IMG/VR virus record: IMGVR_UViG_3300044614_000614
Coordinates: 54,457 to 74,456 of that record
From: an uncultured virus (IMG/VR IMGVR_UViG_3300044614_000614)
Lineage: Duplodnaviria; Heunggongvirae; Uroviricota; Caudoviricetes
Length of the DNA stretch: 20,000 bases
Strand: one strand, 5' to 3'
Below, one piece after another: positions 1 to 6,190 of this stretch (positions are counted from its first letter, which is position 1; every line of letters starts with the position of its first letter). Below the pieces are notes generated by a model. The model searched no databases. It saw nothing but the letters and a program-made list of their open reading frames with translations, and was not told where the DNA came from. Made by a program: the position numbers and the translations under genes.

Positions 1-149
1 TGAAAGTTATCTACACCATATTTTTTGATGGCATATTTCAGTAGTTTGCCTGATCCAAGATAATCATCATTCAAATCTTTTGTTTGATGTTTGCCGATAT
101 AGAACTTGCCGTTCACAAGATTGGTTGTTTTGTAGATAGTATAGAACAT
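1..149 (-). CDS. GIY-YIG homing endonuclease (Seg-like), N-terminal part; runs off the window
   Basis: Hand translation from ATG at 149: [49 protein letters not shown]. It has the TIY..YIG motif and YLGSG, a GAGG RBS upstream, and lies next to tRNA genes like T4 segB. Confidence 0.9.
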   Translation of the reverse strand, partial: MFYTIYKTTNLVNGKFYIGKHQTKDLNDDYLGSGKLLKYAIKKYGVDNF

Positions 150-152
150 CAG

Positions 153-205
153 GAAGCCTCAGGATACAATAGGGTTTACGATCTATTTAGTATCCTGAGG
201 ACTTC
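153..205 (-). promoter_or_regulatory. RBS-sequestering hairpin containing a late-promoter-like ACTAAATA
   Basis: Perfect inverted repeat 157-167/190-200 (CCTCAGGATAC/GTATCCTGAGG), extended by 153-156/202-205 and 168-172/183-187. The 3' arm contains the GAGG RBS; ACTAAATA lies at 184-191. Confidence 0.75.
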
Positions 206-209
206 AATG

Positions 210-280
210 CGACCTATGCGAGACTCAAACTCGCTACACCTCTTAGACAGAGAGGAGTGATATCCATTCACTAATAGGCC
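210..280 (-). tRNA. tRNA-Asp(GTC), no encoded CCA
   Basis: Acceptor GGCCTAT/ATAGGTC; anticodon arm CCTCT-CTGTCTA-AGAGG; T arm GCGAG-TTTGAGT-CTCGC; discriminator G followed by CAT. Confidence 0.85.
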
Positions 281-286
281 TTGAAT

Positions 287-361
287 TGGAGAACCAGGTG
301 AGAATTGAACTCACGACACGCGGGTTAAGAGGCCGCTACTCTACCACTGAGTTACTGGTCC
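287..361 (-). tRNA. tRNA-Lys(CTT)
   Basis: Acceptor GGACCAG/CTGGTTC; D arm ACTC-AGTGGTA-GAGT; loop CT-CTT-AA; T loop TTCAATT; 3' CCA. Confidence 0.88.
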
Positions 362-367
362 TTGAAT

Positions 368-443
368 TGGCTGGATAGCTTGGATTCGAACCAAGGTCAT
401 CCTCGTTAACAGCGAGGCGCTCTACCGCTGGAGCTACTATCCA
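368..443 (-). tRNA. tRNA-Asn(GTT)
   Basis: Acceptor TGGATAG/CTATCCA; anticodon arm CCTCG-CTGTTAA-CGAGG; T arm CTTGG-TTCGAAT-CCAAG; G73 then CCA. Confidence 0.93.
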
Positions 444-445
444 AT

Positions 446-585
446 ATTCTACTTTCGTCAGTAGTCACATCATCATATGAGATTCGAACTCATGCCTGCG
501 GATTTCGGCCGCCGTGCTTCCCCTACACCAATGAATGACTTGTCGCTGGTGGCCACCTGCTAGTGACTACTGACGAAAGTAGAAT
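446..585 (-). ncRNA. Candidate ncRNA: degenerate tRNA-like cloverleaf (GAA loop) enclosed by a perfect 23-bp inverted repeat
   Basis: 446-468 is the exact reverse complement of 563-585. Interior 469-539 folds as acceptor-like stem, D arm GTGT-AGGGGAA-GCAC, arm GCGG-CCGAAAT-CCGC and T arm ATGAG-TTCGAAT-CTCAT; no CCA. Confidence 0.6.
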
Positions 586-693
586 GTGAGGCTGTGCTGA
601 GTCACAGACCCTCACTGGATATTTCGCTACTCAGTGCGCCTTTGAGAAGAGCAAAGGTACTCATAGGAACTTAACAATGTCAATCAGCAGTAG

Positions 694-912
694 TTACGTG
701 CAAACATGCACGACAAAAAAACCTTTTACACCTTCGCTCTTCAGCTTGTTTATAAGCTGCTTCTTCGCTTCGGTATACGTGCCACGAATCCAGATTACGT
801 CTTCCATAGACTTTGGATTTCGCGTTTCACTAAAAGCCCAACCGCCTATACCGCGGGGTTTGCGACCGTGAGCCAGTTCGAAGTCAGTCGTATCGAATTC
901 GATCTTCAGCAT
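694..912 (-). CDS. Hypothetical phage protein (72 aa, HGRKPRG.GGWAF motif)
   Basis: ORF with AGGAG RBS and its own sigma70-like promoter; same strand as all neighbouring genes. Confidence 0.75.
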   Translation of the reverse strand: MLKIEFDTTDFELAHGRKPRGIGGWAFSETRNPKSMEDVIWIRGTYTEAKKQLINKLKSEGVKGFFVVHVCT

Positions 913-940
913 TCAGCTTCTCCTCATCAGTTACAAAAAG

Positions 941-969
941 AATATATCACACTGATTCGGTCTTTGCAA
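941..969 (-). promoter_or_regulatory. Sigma70-like promoter
   Basis: TTGCAA (964-969), 17-bp spacer, TATATT (941-946), with an A-rich upstream tract. Confidence 0.6.
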
Positions 970-979
970 GCACTTTTTT

Positions 980-1015
980 AAAAGAAAAACCCCGAAACTT
1001 TCGCTTCGGGGTTTT
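980..1015 (-). terminator. Intrinsic terminator (putative attenuator terminator)
   Basis: AAAACCCCGAAGC-GAAA-GTTTCGGGGTTTT followed by TCTTTT: 13-bp stem, GNRA loop and U tract. Confidence 0.85.
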
Positions 1016-1042
1016 AAAAACTAAGTCTTTACGATGACTTAA

Positions 1043-1123
1043 CTACATAGAACCCCTCATCACACCTGCCCATGCTGGCTGGCGTGTCTCTTGATTAATC
1101 GTGAATGGGTAATAATGTTTCAT
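1043..1123 (-). CDS. Putative leader peptide (26 aa) MKHYYPFTINQETRQPAWAGVMRGSM
   Basis: Short ATG-TAG ORF between a dual promoter and a terminator. Its 3' end carries GGGGTT, complementary to the terminator 5' arm. Only a weak purine-rich RBS (AAGAAAG). Confidence 0.6.
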   Translation of the reverse strand: MKHYYPFTINQETRQPAWAGVMRGSM

Positions 1124-1147
1124 TTTCGTCTTTCTTAAACTGTATTC

Positions 1148-1188
1148 TATTTATACAACATCCTAGCAGGATTTTATTAGGTTGTCAA
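1148..1188 (-). promoter_or_regulatory. Tandem sigma70-like promoter and T4-type late promoter
   Basis: TTGACA (1183-1188), 17-bp spacer, TAGGAT (1160-1165) with extended TGn; exact TATAAATA at 1148-1155. Confidence 0.75.
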
Positions 1189-1196
1189 CTTTTTTT

Positions 1197-1273
1197 TGGT
1201 GCGAAAGGTGGGACTCGAACCCACAGAACTCGGTTTTTGAGACCGATACGTATACCTATTCCGTCACTCTCGC
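1197..1273 (-). tRNA. tRNA-Leu(CAA), short variable arm
   Basis: Acceptor GCGAGAG/CTTTCGC; anticodon arm TCGGT-CTCAAAA-ACCGA; T arm GTGGG-TTCGAGT-CCCAC; A73 then CCA. Confidence 0.9.
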
Positions 1274-1432
1274 CCAGTATTGCCTGATTAGGCCTATGAT
1301 AACAAGTGTAACAGCACCAATCATCAATGCACTATATGTGATAACACCAGTGTTACTCAACAGCATATCTACAATCCACATGAAACCTACCCATGTAACA
1401 CAGAAACATCCTCTATCAAACCATTCGTTCAT
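1256..1432 (-). CDS. Small hydrophobic (probable two-TM) protein, 58 aa
   Basis: Hand translation MNEWFDRGCFCVTWVGFMWIVDMLLSNTGVITYSALMIGAVTLVIIGLIRQYWARVTE; GAGG RBS; stop codon falls inside tRNA-Leu(CAA). Confidence 0.6.
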   Translation of the reverse strand: MNEWFDRGCFCVTWVGFMWIVDMLLSNTGVITYSALMIGAVTLVIIGLIRQYWARVTE

Positions 1433-1449
1433 TATATATCCTCAAAGGT

Positions 1450-1541
1450 TGGTCGGCGTGCTTGGATTCGAACCAAGTCAAGAACACTCATCTAGTGCTA
1501 AAGGGATTATAAGGCCCTCCCGTGTACCAACACCCACGCCG
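1450..1541 (-). tRNA. Non-canonical tRNA with TAT anticodon (nominally Ile), long variable arm and 4-nt D loop
   Basis: Acceptor CGGCGTG/CACGCCG; D arm GTGT-TGGT-ACAC; loop CT-TAT-AA; variable stem AGCACT/AGTGTT; T arm CTTGG-TTCGAAT-CCAAG; ACCA. Confidence 0.75.
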
Positions 1542-1688
1542 TTATTTCTCTACGTATCGTTTTGTTTCATGACCACATTTAGAACAATGCAGCTTGCCGT
1601 CCCAGTCATCCCACAAAGAGGTTTCTTTATAGTGACCTTTTTCACAAGACTTACAGCGTTTGCCGTCCATGTCAATGTGTGTCATCAT
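1542..1688 (-). CDS. Small zinc-ribbon-like protein, 48 aa
   Basis: Hand translation MMTHIDMDGKRCKSCEKGHYKETSLWDDWDGKLHCSKCGHETKRYVEK has two CxxC motifs; GGAG RBS. Confidence 0.7.
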   Translation of the reverse strand: MMTHIDMDGKRCKSCEKGHYKETSLWDDWDGKLHCSKCGHETKRYVEK

Positions 1689-1700
1689 CAACTCCGCATT

Positions 1701-1776
1701 TGGTGCGCCCGCTCAGATTCGAACTGAGGATCGGACGGTTATGAGCCGTCAGCATTAACCGCTATGCTACAGGCGC
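1701..1776 (-). tRNA. tRNA(CAT), probably Ile2 (lysidine type) rather than Met
   Basis: Anticodon arm GACGG-CTCATAA-CCGTC. G1-C72 is paired, so not an initiator. C4-G69 and C5-G68 match known TilS determinants. CCA present. Confidence 0.85.
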
Positions 1777-1780
1777 GAAT

Positions 1781-1856
1781 TGGTGCCCCTTGACAGATTC
1801 GAACTGTCCCTTGAGCGATTTTAAGTCGCTTGCCTCTACCGCTGGGCTAAAGGGGC
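1781..1856 (-). tRNA. tRNA-Leu(TAA), short variable arm
   Basis: Acceptor GCCCCTT/AAGGGGC; anticodon arm AGCGA-CTTAAAA-TCGCT; T arm GACAG-TTCGAAT-CTGTC; ACCA. Confidence 0.9.
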
Positions 1857-1863
1857 GTATTGT

Positions 1864-2130
1864 TTAGTCCTTCATTGCGCCGAACATGAAGCCCTTGCGA
1901 GGATCACCCCACTCAGTCTCAGCACGAACACGAACATATCGTGCGCGAGTGTCGGCTGTATTAGGATTAGGCACAGTAACCCACGGGTTCTTACCCTTTA
2001 ACCATGCCTTCTGCAAGAGTGTCCACTTATCAATAGCGGAACGTTCACGCTTGATAGCCTTTGACAGACTACGATTTGCTTCACGTTCACCCTTAGAGGT
2101 GTAAGCAGACTTAGACTTCGGTGCAGACAT
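1864..2130 (-). CDS. Hypothetical basic phage protein (88 aa)
   Basis: ORF with GGAG RBS filling the gap between two tRNA genes. Confidence 0.8.
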   Translation of the reverse strand: MSAPKSKSAYTSKGEREANRSLSKAIKRERSAIDKWTLLQKAWLKGKNPWVTVPNPNTADTRARYVRVRAETEWGDPRKGFMFGAMKD

Positions 2131-2152
2131 TTACTTTCTCCATTACAAAAAT

Positions 2153-2235
2153 TGGCGACCACTGAGGGATTCGAACCCCCATTTTCAGCTCCAGTTACGT
2201 CTAGTCGGGTAGAAGCCGACCTCGGCTAAGTGGCC
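2153..2235 (-). tRNA. Non-canonical tRNA-like RNA with TCT (Arg) loop and no D arm at the normal position
   Basis: Acceptor GGCCACT/AGTGGTC, then G and CCA; T arm GGGGG-TTCGAAT-CCCTC; arm GTCGG-CTTCTAC-CCGAC begins only 8 nt after the acceptor strand. Confidence 0.7.
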
Positions 2236-2246
2236 TTTTGAGTATT

Positions 2247-2254
2247 TATTTATA
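2247..2254 (-). promoter_or_regulatory. T4-type late promoter TATAAATA
   Basis: Exact T4 late consensus about 12 nt upstream of the first RNA gene of the cluster. Confidence 0.7.
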
Positions 2255-2438
2255 CAAATTCGTCAACAGGAAAACCCCTGATATATAGACCATCAAGAAA
2301 TTTCTGACCTATCATGTGAGCATCATCGCTATTCACGAAGAACTGTTCCCAGATACAATCGTCATCTTCGAAACAATATAGCATGAACCCTGCGCGGTTG
2401 TCAACCATTTCAAAACTTACATCATACGACTTAACCAT
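2250..2438 (-). CDS. Hypothetical protein (62 aa)
   Basis: ORF track; overlaps the upstream ORF, with GGTGAG upstream of the start. Confidence 0.65.
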   Translation of the reverse strand: MVKSYDVSFEMVDNRAGFMLYCFEDDDCIWEQFFVNSDDAHMIGQKFLDGLYIRGFPVDEFV

Positions 2439-2697
2439 TGTTTACATGCTCACCACAAAAATCATTCTTGTTCTTTTCAATAATCTTAGGATACCGAGTA
2501 CACTTGCGATAGTTTATATGCCGATCATATTTGGCTTCCATAAGTTCAACTTCAAAACTAAGCATCATGAAGTCACCGAAGAACTTCTGCCAAAACGTCT
2601 TCTGTGACCAGATTTCATCAGCAGTCTTTGGCTTCTCAGCCTTAGGATATCTCTTGGCCCAGATACAGTTTTCACAACTAGAAGCAATCTTGCTCAT
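2431..2697 (-). CDS. Hypothetical Cys-containing protein
   Basis: ORF with CxxC...C...CxxH pattern. Start moved to ATG 2697, downstream of a promoter and a GAGAG RBS. Confidence 0.65.
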   Translation of the reverse strand: MSKIASSCENCIWAKRYPKAEKPKTADEIWSQKTFWQKFFGDFMMLSFEVELMEAKYDRHINYRKCTRYPKIIEKNKNDFCGEHVNNG

Positions 2698-2724
2698 GTC
2701 ATTAACTCTCTCTTTTATGCACAC

Positions 2725-2752
2725 ATAATAGCATATCTGTTGCCATCGTCAA
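2725..2752 (-). promoter_or_regulatory. Sigma70-like promoter
   Basis: TTGACG (2747-2752), 16-bp spacer, extended TGn-TATTAT (2725-2730). Confidence 0.5.
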
Positions 2753-2970
2753 GAGAATTCTGCATCAAATATGTCATTGATATCAATGAGAGATTTTGTG
2801 GTCATAAATCTTGGTGTCCAACCATCAAACGCACCACCCTTGTTCAGAAATTGAGTGTATTCTGAAGCTTCATCTTCAAAGAAAAACGCTTTGATGATCT
2901 GATCCGTATGAGTTTCATATACAAGCCAAGAATAGTCATTGTCATCAAGTACAACTTCATAGTTCTTCAT
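2749..2970 (-). CDS. Hypothetical phage protein (73 aa)
   Basis: ORF with GGAG RBS directly downstream of gp41. Confidence 0.75.
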   Translation of the reverse strand: MKNYEVVLDDNDYSWLVYETHTDQIIKAFFFEDEASEYTQFLNKGGAFDGWTPRFMTTKSLIDINDIFDAEFS

Positions 2971-2981
2971 GTTTTCTCTCC

Positions 2982-4364
2982 TTAAACCTTGATACCTTTG
3001 AATTTGTCTCTCTTGTCGTTCGTCTTGTTAGGCATTTGAATTTGACCGCTGTCTGCAATATCATTTTGTGCAGAAGCTTCAGCATCATACAGTTTCATTT
3101 TAGGTCTATCTACACCAATGACAAATCTCTTGTTAGTTGTCGGATCATTGTATCGGTTCTTCAATTGCTTCACCATGATCTGACCTAAGTCTTCAAGTTG
3201 CTCAGTGCTGATCAACGCAAACATGAAATCGGCAGTCGCTGGCAGACCAAATGATTCCGATGTATCTTCAAGACCAACATCTGAATTTGAGTAGCCGCCT
3301 CTTGTAGTTTGTGTAGCAGATATAATTGGAACATCAAACTCGACTGCAAGACCTCTTAGTTCTTCTGCAATTGCTTTGATGAACGTATAAGAATTAACAT
3401 TAGGTCCAGCTTTCATTCTAGCAGAGGAACAAATGTTAAGATAGTCGATATAGATGATATCAGGTTCGAAGCTCTTCTTCAATCTCAGTTCATTTAGCAG
3501 AGTTCTGAAATGCTGAGACGAAGCAGATGCAGTAGGATACTCTTTGATGATCAACTTACCATTGGTCTTGTTCTTGAGAGATGCAACCTTTCTCTCATAC
3601 AAATCTTTTGGCATCTTCTCTAGATCGTCAACTGCTGTGTTAAGAAGATTTGCATCAATACGTTCTGCAATTCTTTCTTCTGCCATTTCCATTGTGATGT
3701 ACAAAACATTCTTACCAATTGTTAGATTGGCAGCAGCAAAGTGACACATAGCAAGAGACTTACCGACACCAGTACCGGCAAGAATGATATTCAAAGTCTT
3801 CTTGGGCAAACCACCTTTGGTGATCTTGTTGAAGAACTCAAGATCAAACGGAATACGTTCTTCTACTCTATGATAGAAATCATATCGCTTTTCTACATCT
3901 TGGAAGAAATCATGACCGATATTTGGGTCAAATGAAACTGAGAGTGCTTCGGTCAATACATGAGGAATAGATCCTTTACCAAGTGTCTTGTTTTGTCCAT
4001 TCATGATTTCAATGGATAACATCATTGCTTGATAGATTGCCTTCTCTTGACAGAACGTCTCTGTCTTATCAATCAGCCATTCTTCAGATGTCTCTTCTTT
4101 GGATTCGTCAAAGGAAGTTAAGGCACTCTTACATGCCTTAACTTCTTCTTCGGTAATCTTAACTAGAGAATTGATTTCAATTTCTAGAGCATCAGCAGTA
4201 GGTCGTTTGTTATACTTCAGAATGAAGTCATTGATCTGTTCAAAAAGAACCTTGTCTTCATTCGAAAAGTACTCACTCTTGAGAAATGGTATTACTTTGC
4301 GGCAATAGTTTTCATTCCTCAACAAACTCTTCAATATCGTCTTTTCCAGACTTAGCTGCGACAT
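2982..4364 (-). CDS. gp41: T4 gp41-like replicative DNA helicase (DnaB family)
   Basis: Walker A AGTGVGKS, YITMEM, IYIDY, ESFGLPATAD and QLKNRY motifs; T4 gene order uvsX-40-41. Confidence 0.97.
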   Translation of the reverse strand: MSQLSLEKTILKSLLRNENYCRKVIPFLKSEYFSNEDKVLFEQINDFILKYNKRPTADALEIEINSLVKITEEEVKACKSALTSFDESKEETSEEWLIDKTETFCQEKAIYQAMMLSIEIMNGQNKTLGKGSIPHVLTEALSVSFDPNIGHDFFQDVEKRYDFYHRVEERIPFDLEFFNKITKGGLPKKTLNIILAGTGVGKSLAMCHFAAANLTIGKNVLYITMEMAEERIAERIDANLLNTAVDDLEKMPKDLYERKVASLKNKTNGKLIIKEYPTASASSQHFRTLLNELRLKKSFEPDIIYIDYLNICSSARMKAGPNVNSYTFIKAIAEELRGLAVEFDVPIISATQTTRGGYSNSDVGLEDTSESFGLPATADFMFALISTEQLEDLGQIMVKQLKNRYNDPTTNKRFVIGVDRPKMKLYDAEASAQNDIADSGQIQMPNKTNDKRDKFKGIKV

Positions 4365-4635
4365 GCTCAGAAACCTCCAAAATCATATGGTTCAAAATCA
4401 ATCCTGCAAACTCTTCAAACTTTTTGCTTCGTCTGAGATTAGTCTCTGTATGATTACCCATATCAAGTAGATCATATGAGAATTGCAGAACCGCACTATC
4501 GTTTTCCAGTTCCTTAACTGATACTTGTACGTATCGAAGTATAACGCCATTCCAAGGCTCAATCAAGATTTCAATAGGGACTGTATCATAGTCCTTCATA
4601 TCATCACGGAACTTATAGTCTTGACCAATAATCAT
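4312..4635 (-). CDS. Probable gp40-like protein (head vertex assembly chaperone position)
   Basis: Small acidic ORF between uvsX and gp41 as in T4; called mainly from synteny. Confidence 0.6.
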   Translation of the reverse strand: MIIGQDYKFRDDMKDYDTVPIEILIEPWNGVILRYVQVSVKELENDSAVLQFSYDLLDMGNHTETNLRRSKKFEEFAGLILNHMILEVSEHVAAKSGKDDIEEFVEE

Positions 4636-5681
4636 TCGTCTTCTCCATCTGCAACATTAGACTTACCATACAAGAATTCATTCTTACATGCTTCATCAAT
4701 TCGATCAAGAATGTCCTTCGTAAAATACTTCTCAGGATCATTTAGAATAGCAGATTCAAATGCTTTTGTTCCATCTGGCAATTCATATCGTGTAGATACC
4801 TTCTTGATGATGTCAAACTTCTCAGCAAGATCAAGAAGACCATAATATGGATCAAGACCATCTGTATAGTCGAGTAGTGTCTCTACTTTCTTATTTTCAA
4901 TAGTCAGTCGAGCCTTCTTTAGATTTGCGGTGATGATTGCACCAGTGATCTGATTATCCTTGTCCTTGTCTTTCTTCTTGGACAAGAACAGAATAGTAGA
5001 TGCAGCATACTCAAGACCAGAACCACCACCCATCTTCTTTGTCGGCACATATGAACCAACAACATCGTAAACGTGATTGGTCACAATGAGAGGCACCTTA
5101 GCCTTACCAAGCTTCAAAGTGAGAACACGGAATGCACCACGCACCAACTGAGCACGGGTCATGTCTCGTGTGTCTTTACCATCTGCAATGTCTTGCATTT
5201 CTTTATCGGTTGAAAGATTACCAAGTGAGTCGAGAACAAACATCATTGGTGGACGATCTTTGCTTGTCTTGTCTTCAATGTACTTGTCGAGGATCTTTAC
5301 TGCTTGGGTTCTGAACTCTTGGATAGTTGCGACTGGCACAACTGCAACTCGCTTTGTGTCAATGCCTCTATCTGTAAGCATTTGCTTAGATATAGCAGAT
5401 TCGGATTCAAAGTAGAAGACGAATCCTGTTTCGTTTTCTCTGAGGAACTGTCTGACAATGTTGATTGCGTAAAAGGTCTTTCCTGTAGACGGTTCACCAG
5501 CGAGTGCTGTGACTTTGTTAGCAGGTAAACCCCCATAGATGCTACCAGATAGCAGAGCGTTAAGACTATAGCTGCCAGTGCCAATAAAACCAGTAACATC
5601 ACCAGCTTCGACTCCTTCATCCGCGATGCCAGCGTATTCATTATCAATCTCCTTGAGTAAGGATGTAAACATATTTGACAT
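4632..5681 (-). CDS. uvsX: UvsX RecA-like recombinase
   Basis: Walker [25 protein letters not shown] and MGGGSG motifs; GGAG RBS. Confidence 0.97.
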   Translation of the reverse strand: MSNMFTSLLKEIDNEYAGIADEGVEAGDVTGFIGTGSYSLNALLSGSIYGGLPANKVTALAGEPSTGKTFYAINIVRQFLRENETGFVFYFESESAISKQMLTDRGIDTKRVAVVPVATIQEFRTQAVKILDKYIEDKTSKDRPPMMFVLDSLGNLSTDKEMQDIADGKDTRDMTRAQLVRGAFRVLTLKLGKAKVPLIVTNHVYDVVGSYVPTKKMGGGSGLEYAASTILFLSKKKDKDKDNQITGAIITANLKKARLTIENKKVETLLDYTDGLDPYYGLLDLAEKFDIIKKVSTRYELPDGTKAFESAILNDPEKYFTKDILDRIDEACKNEFLYGKSNVADGEDE

Positions 5682-5731
5682 ATTGATTCTCCAATATTAT
5701 GTTGATGTCACGATTCTCCGTGACGAGGTAT

Positions 5732-6190
5732 TTAGCAGCGAACGATATCGTCTTCGCTGCATATCTCACCCATCTGAACTTCAATCGCAATGAGTGTTTC
5801 ATTCAGGTGAGTATTAGCAATCTTATGAAGAGAAAGCTTTGGCACATGAAATGATTCACCCTTCTTCACAGTAAAGATGCTACCATCAACAATGACTTTA
5901 CCTTCACCCTGCACAATTGTCCAGTGTTCTGAGCGATGCTTATGATACTGAAGTGAGATTGCTTGATCAGGTAAAATCTCAAGACGCTTGACCTTGTATC
6001 CCTGATCAACATCAAGTACCTGCCACTCACCCCACGGGCGTTTTACTGATTCAACATAAGGCATTTTGCGTTCTGCTGCAATCTTTTCCATTATTTTATC
6101 AAAGTCTTTGTCTTTATATTCTCTACATCCTGGATCACACTCTTTGTATAATCCACATGGGCATCCACCACCGTGATCATATTTTGCCAT
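5732..6190 (-). CDS. Cupin protein, mannose-6-phosphate isomerase type II C-terminal family, with Cys-rich N-terminal extension
   Basis: RPWG, VKRL, SLQYHKHRSEHW, IEVQMG and EDDIVR motifs; TAATG coupling with the upstream gene at 6190. Confidence 0.88.
   Translation of the reverse strand: MAKYDHGGGCPCGLYKECDPGCREYKDKDFDKIMEKIAAERKMPYVESVKRPWGEWQVLDVDQGYKVKRLEILPDQAISLQYHKHRSEHWTIVQGEGKVIVDGSIFTVKKGESFHVPKLSLHKIANTHLNETLIAIEVQMGEICSEDDIVRC

Noticed and set aside
150..210. Theta (HDV-like) ribozyme after the CCA-less tRNA-Asp
   Set aside because: The downstream sequence forms a simple hairpin with no nested double pseudoknot; it is better explained as endonuclease RBS control.
568..640. Hammerhead-like words (CTGACGA; CTGAG..GAAA)
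   Set aside because: Could not assemble stems I-III with the required core spacing on either strand.
1450..2235. Reading the odd tRNAs as stop suppressors (TTA in 1450-1541, CTA in 2153-2235), implying genetic-code reassignment
   Set aside because: Centred loop registers with U33 and A37 give TAT and TCT, and the core genes are full length in the standard code.
2153..2235. tmRNA tRNA-like domain
   Set aside because: No G3-U70 pair, too short, no tag reading frame, and it retains an anticodon-like arm.
200..2240. CRISPR array or tandem repeat
   Set aside because: Recurring TTCGAA/TGG words are tRNA T loops and CCA ends; there are no regularly spaced identical repeats.
5707..5724. Small hairpin GTCACG/CGTGAC upstream of uvsX
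   Set aside because: Only 6 bp, no U tract, and it does not cover the actual RBS; too weak to call.
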